From assembly GCF_006345805.1 (NCBI RefSeq), contig NC_043016.1, positions 6,510,001-6,574,000 of the forward strand: a DNA stretch of 64,000 nucleotides. Reading direction: 5' to 3'. A model generated the notes under the pieces. The model was not told where the DNA came from and did no database searches. It was given only the letters and a program-made list of their open reading frames with translations. Below are positions 61,041 through 64,000 of the stretch, one piece after another. This stretch comes from Octopus sinensis (Eukaryota). Each line of letters opens with the position of its first letter. Within the stretch, counting starts at the first letter, position 1. The position numbers were made by a program, and so were the translations under genes.

Positions 61041-62390
61041 TAAAAGCAGAGAAAAAAGCAAAACAAATGAAGAAATACAAAAAGGACATGAAAAAGAATT
61101 ACGCAAGAAGGGACTACACAATCAATTCCATGCAGCCACAACAGAAGTTGCTGGAAAAAATAGGTAAGATTGGCTGATGAAAGGTATCCTAAAAAAGAGA
61201 CCGAAAGCACTAAACAGGCAGTGCAAGACCAAGCTTTGGGCACAAACTGGAGGTTTAACCTTAGGAATGAGCAAGTGTTTCCATTGTGTTGCATTTGTAA
61301 TAGAGTGGATGAAACCATTGCCCATGTTATGAACAAATGCCCCAGACTTGCCCAAGACCACTACAAGTTGTGGCAACATGACCAGGTAGCGAAAGTGCTA
61401 CATTGGAAACCGTGTGAAAAGTGGAGCTAGAGAGAGGTAAGATGTGGTGGATGGAAGCACTCCGTCAGTTACGACGACAGGGGTTCCAGTTGATCCGAAT
61501 CAACGGAACAGCCTGCTCGTGAAATTAACGTGTAAGTGGCTGAGCACTCCACAGACATGTGTACCCTTAACGTAGTTCTCAGGGATATTCAGCGTGACAC
61601 AGAGAGTGACAAGGCCGGCCCTTTGAAATACAGGTACAACAGAAACAGGAAATAAGAGTGAGAGAAAGTTGTGGTGAAAGAGTACAGCAGGGATCACCAC
61701 CATCCCTGTCGGAGCCTCGTGTTTTCGCTCAATAAACACTCACAACGCTTGGTCTGGGAATCGAAACCGCGATCCTACGACCGAGAGTCCGCTGCCCTAA
61801 CCACTGGGCCATTGCGCCTCCACTAATATGTGGTATGAGCACAGACAACAGAGAGTGGCAGAATTGGAGTCTAGCAAAAATCATCTTGGATTTCCCAATC
61901 GAAACAAATTAGGTTCTATAGCATAGCAACCTGGACCTAGTGTTGGTGGACAAGATGCACCACACGTGATATGTAGTTGATGCTGCATGACCCTTTTGAC
62001 ACACGAATAGTCAAGAAGGGAGGCGAAAAGATAGACAGATACAACACTCTTAAGTAAGAAATAGTCCGGCTATGGAAAATGAAGAAGGTGAAGATAGTGC
62101 CAATTATTTTTGGGTCCTTGGGAATAGTATAAGAAGGCATCATGAGGAATATAAAGGAAATTGGAATAAAATGCGCCTGGTAGAACTGTTACAAATTAGC
62201 ATGGCCAGAATAATCAGGAAAGTATTAGATAGCTGGAAAGAACAAACAGCATGGTACCGTAGGCTGCAGGCAGTAAGTCCACAATGCATGTAAGACTCCA
62301 TGAGCTCCAACAAAACCTGGGATAAAGAGATGATGATGATGATGATATTTAAAGAATCAATGTTACTCTTCCAGAAAGTCGCACTCTTCT
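61040..62390 (+). mobile_element. R4/Dong-clade RLE retrotransposon, 5'-truncated, in (TAA)n
   Basis: ETES..AVQDQALGT, CCICNRVDETIAHVMNKC..HDQVAKVLHW, DLVLVDK..VVDAA.PFDTRIVKK..EKID.Y..EIVRLW..IVPIIFGSLG; (TAA)n at ~61001-61036 and ~62393-62500. Confidence 0.85.
61453..61823 (-). mobile_element. SINE S1 inserted in the R4-like element
   Basis: Reverse complement of the 5258-5580 family. Confidence 0.88.
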
Positions 62391-62419
62391 CAATAATAAT
62401 GATAATAATAATAATAATG

Positions 62420-62477
<58 letters not shown>

Positions 62478-63529
62478 TAATAATAATAATAATAATAATA
62501 ATGGTTTCAAATTTAGTCACAAGGCCAGTAAGTTCAAAGGAGGTGGGTAAGTGAATTACATTGACCTCCAGTACTCAACTGGCACTTATTTTATCAGCTC
62601 CAAAAGCATGAAATGCAGAGTCAGCCTTAACAGAATATGAACTCAGAATGTGAAGACATGAAATATCAAAGGCTGTGGTTCTGAGACTCAAAGCCACATC
62701 TGCTGTACTCTACCATTATACCAAAGCAATCTTTCAAATATATCCATTTTTGGAACTTACCAGAAAGAATTGTATGTTGTTGGTGTCATAAGAATTTTAT
62801 AAACTTTCAAGAGAAAATGGAATAATTCTGCTAAGGAATATCTCAAAACATGTGCATAAAGATTATAATAACTTGTAAATATTAGGGTTTTTTACTTTCT
62901 CTATCCAAAAGGGTTTTTCAACACAATATTTAGAAGCTATTATTTACAGAGTATGTGTGTGTGCTTCAAGATATTCCAAAAAAGAATTATTCTTTTTCTC
63001 TCAAAAGTTTAAAAAATTCTTGACATCATTAATAAAAATATCTAAAAAGAAAAATCCACGGAATTCCATTGACTGTTGTTGAATTTAATACATTATGGTA
63101 GTTGATATGGCAACCCACTTATAAATGGTACAAATGAAATAATATACAACTTTTCCTGTAAAGATATACTTTCAAATTATCTGTAAAAATAGATGTAGGT
63201 ATATTCCAGAACTGGAATGAGATGACTGGGAGTGGATGCTTGGACAGTGATGATCTGGTACAACTGACCGGTTGGACATTGAACCTGCTTTCATGGCAGT
63301 ACTGGAGACAAACACACACACAAACACATATACATACAAAAATGCACGTACAGATAGAGAGAGTGATAAAGAAACCATAAGACAGATAGTGGGATAGAGA
63401 ATGGAGGAGGAGAAGAAGGGGAGGAGAATGGGGAGGAGAGGGAGGGGGAGGGGAGGAGAGGAATGGGTGAATGGGAGGAGGGGAGGAGGAGGAGGAGGAG
63501 ATATGGATTAAGCTCCTTCCCAAGTCATT

Positions 63530-63760
63530 ATAGTCTCATGGGGCCAGTTTTCCTGATCCTCTGGTGTATATATTTCCACCAGGACAGGACACCAGTCTGT
63601 TACAAGATTACTCTCTTTTGCCAGCTGAGTGTACTAAACAATGTGAAATGAAGTTTTTTTGTTCAAGAACACGACACATTGCCCAGTCCAGGAATTAAAA
63701 CCACAATCTTACAATCATGAGTCCAATATCCTAATCATTAAGCCATTCACCTCCACTAGA
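63530..63760 (-). mobile_element. SINE, same family as 53395-53645
   Basis: ctcatggg(c)ccagttttcc..ttttgccagctgagtg..gttcaagaacac. Confidence 0.7.
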
Positions 63761-64000
63761 GAGAGAAGGAGGGGAGAAAGAATATAAAAATTTGATATAA
63801 ACTGGCATAAACATTTTTTCCCTCTCTTCAGACACATAAAGAGAAATATGCTGTTACACATAAACAAGGAGAGAGAGGTGGAGAGAGAAAAAGAGAGAGA
63901 GAATGCGAGAAACATTAAAACATCTGATGTCAAAGAAGTCATCAAATGAACAATGCTCAAATAAGGAGAACCTAAACAGCGGAGCCAAAACAGTTGATCC

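Noticed and set aside
63170-63330. Open frames on both strands (NWNEMTGSGCLDSDD.. / TAMKAGSMSNRS..)
   Set aside because: No convincing splice-donor pair and no recognisable domain.

Overview
AT-rich, repeat-saturated animal DNA, most likely octopus (inferred from recalled tRNA-derived SINE families and RTE-type tails), with two 100-N gaps. No host protein-coding gene can be called with confidence; the long ORFs in the track are repeat artefacts or decayed transposon ORFs. The window holds several copies of an RTE-clade LINE with a PHD-like finger inside the RT, two other RTE 3' ends, two R4/Dong-like RLE retrotransposon relics, one Tc1 and three mariner relics, MITEs (piggyBac-like; 8-bp-TSD), Helitron/HINE-type elements, three tRNA-SINE families and a 3.4-kb 52-bp minisatellite that appears to come from a SINE tRNA head. 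The main unannotated signal is about ten type-I minimal hammerhead ribozyme (HHR) motifs. They sit in fold-back or (TA)n-anchored non-coding elements, several sharing a terminal motif, next to two decayed Penelope-like (GIY-YIG) elements that are the likely autonomous partners. A head-to-head, two-tailed RTE insertion flanked by a ~57-bp direct repeat is also notable.
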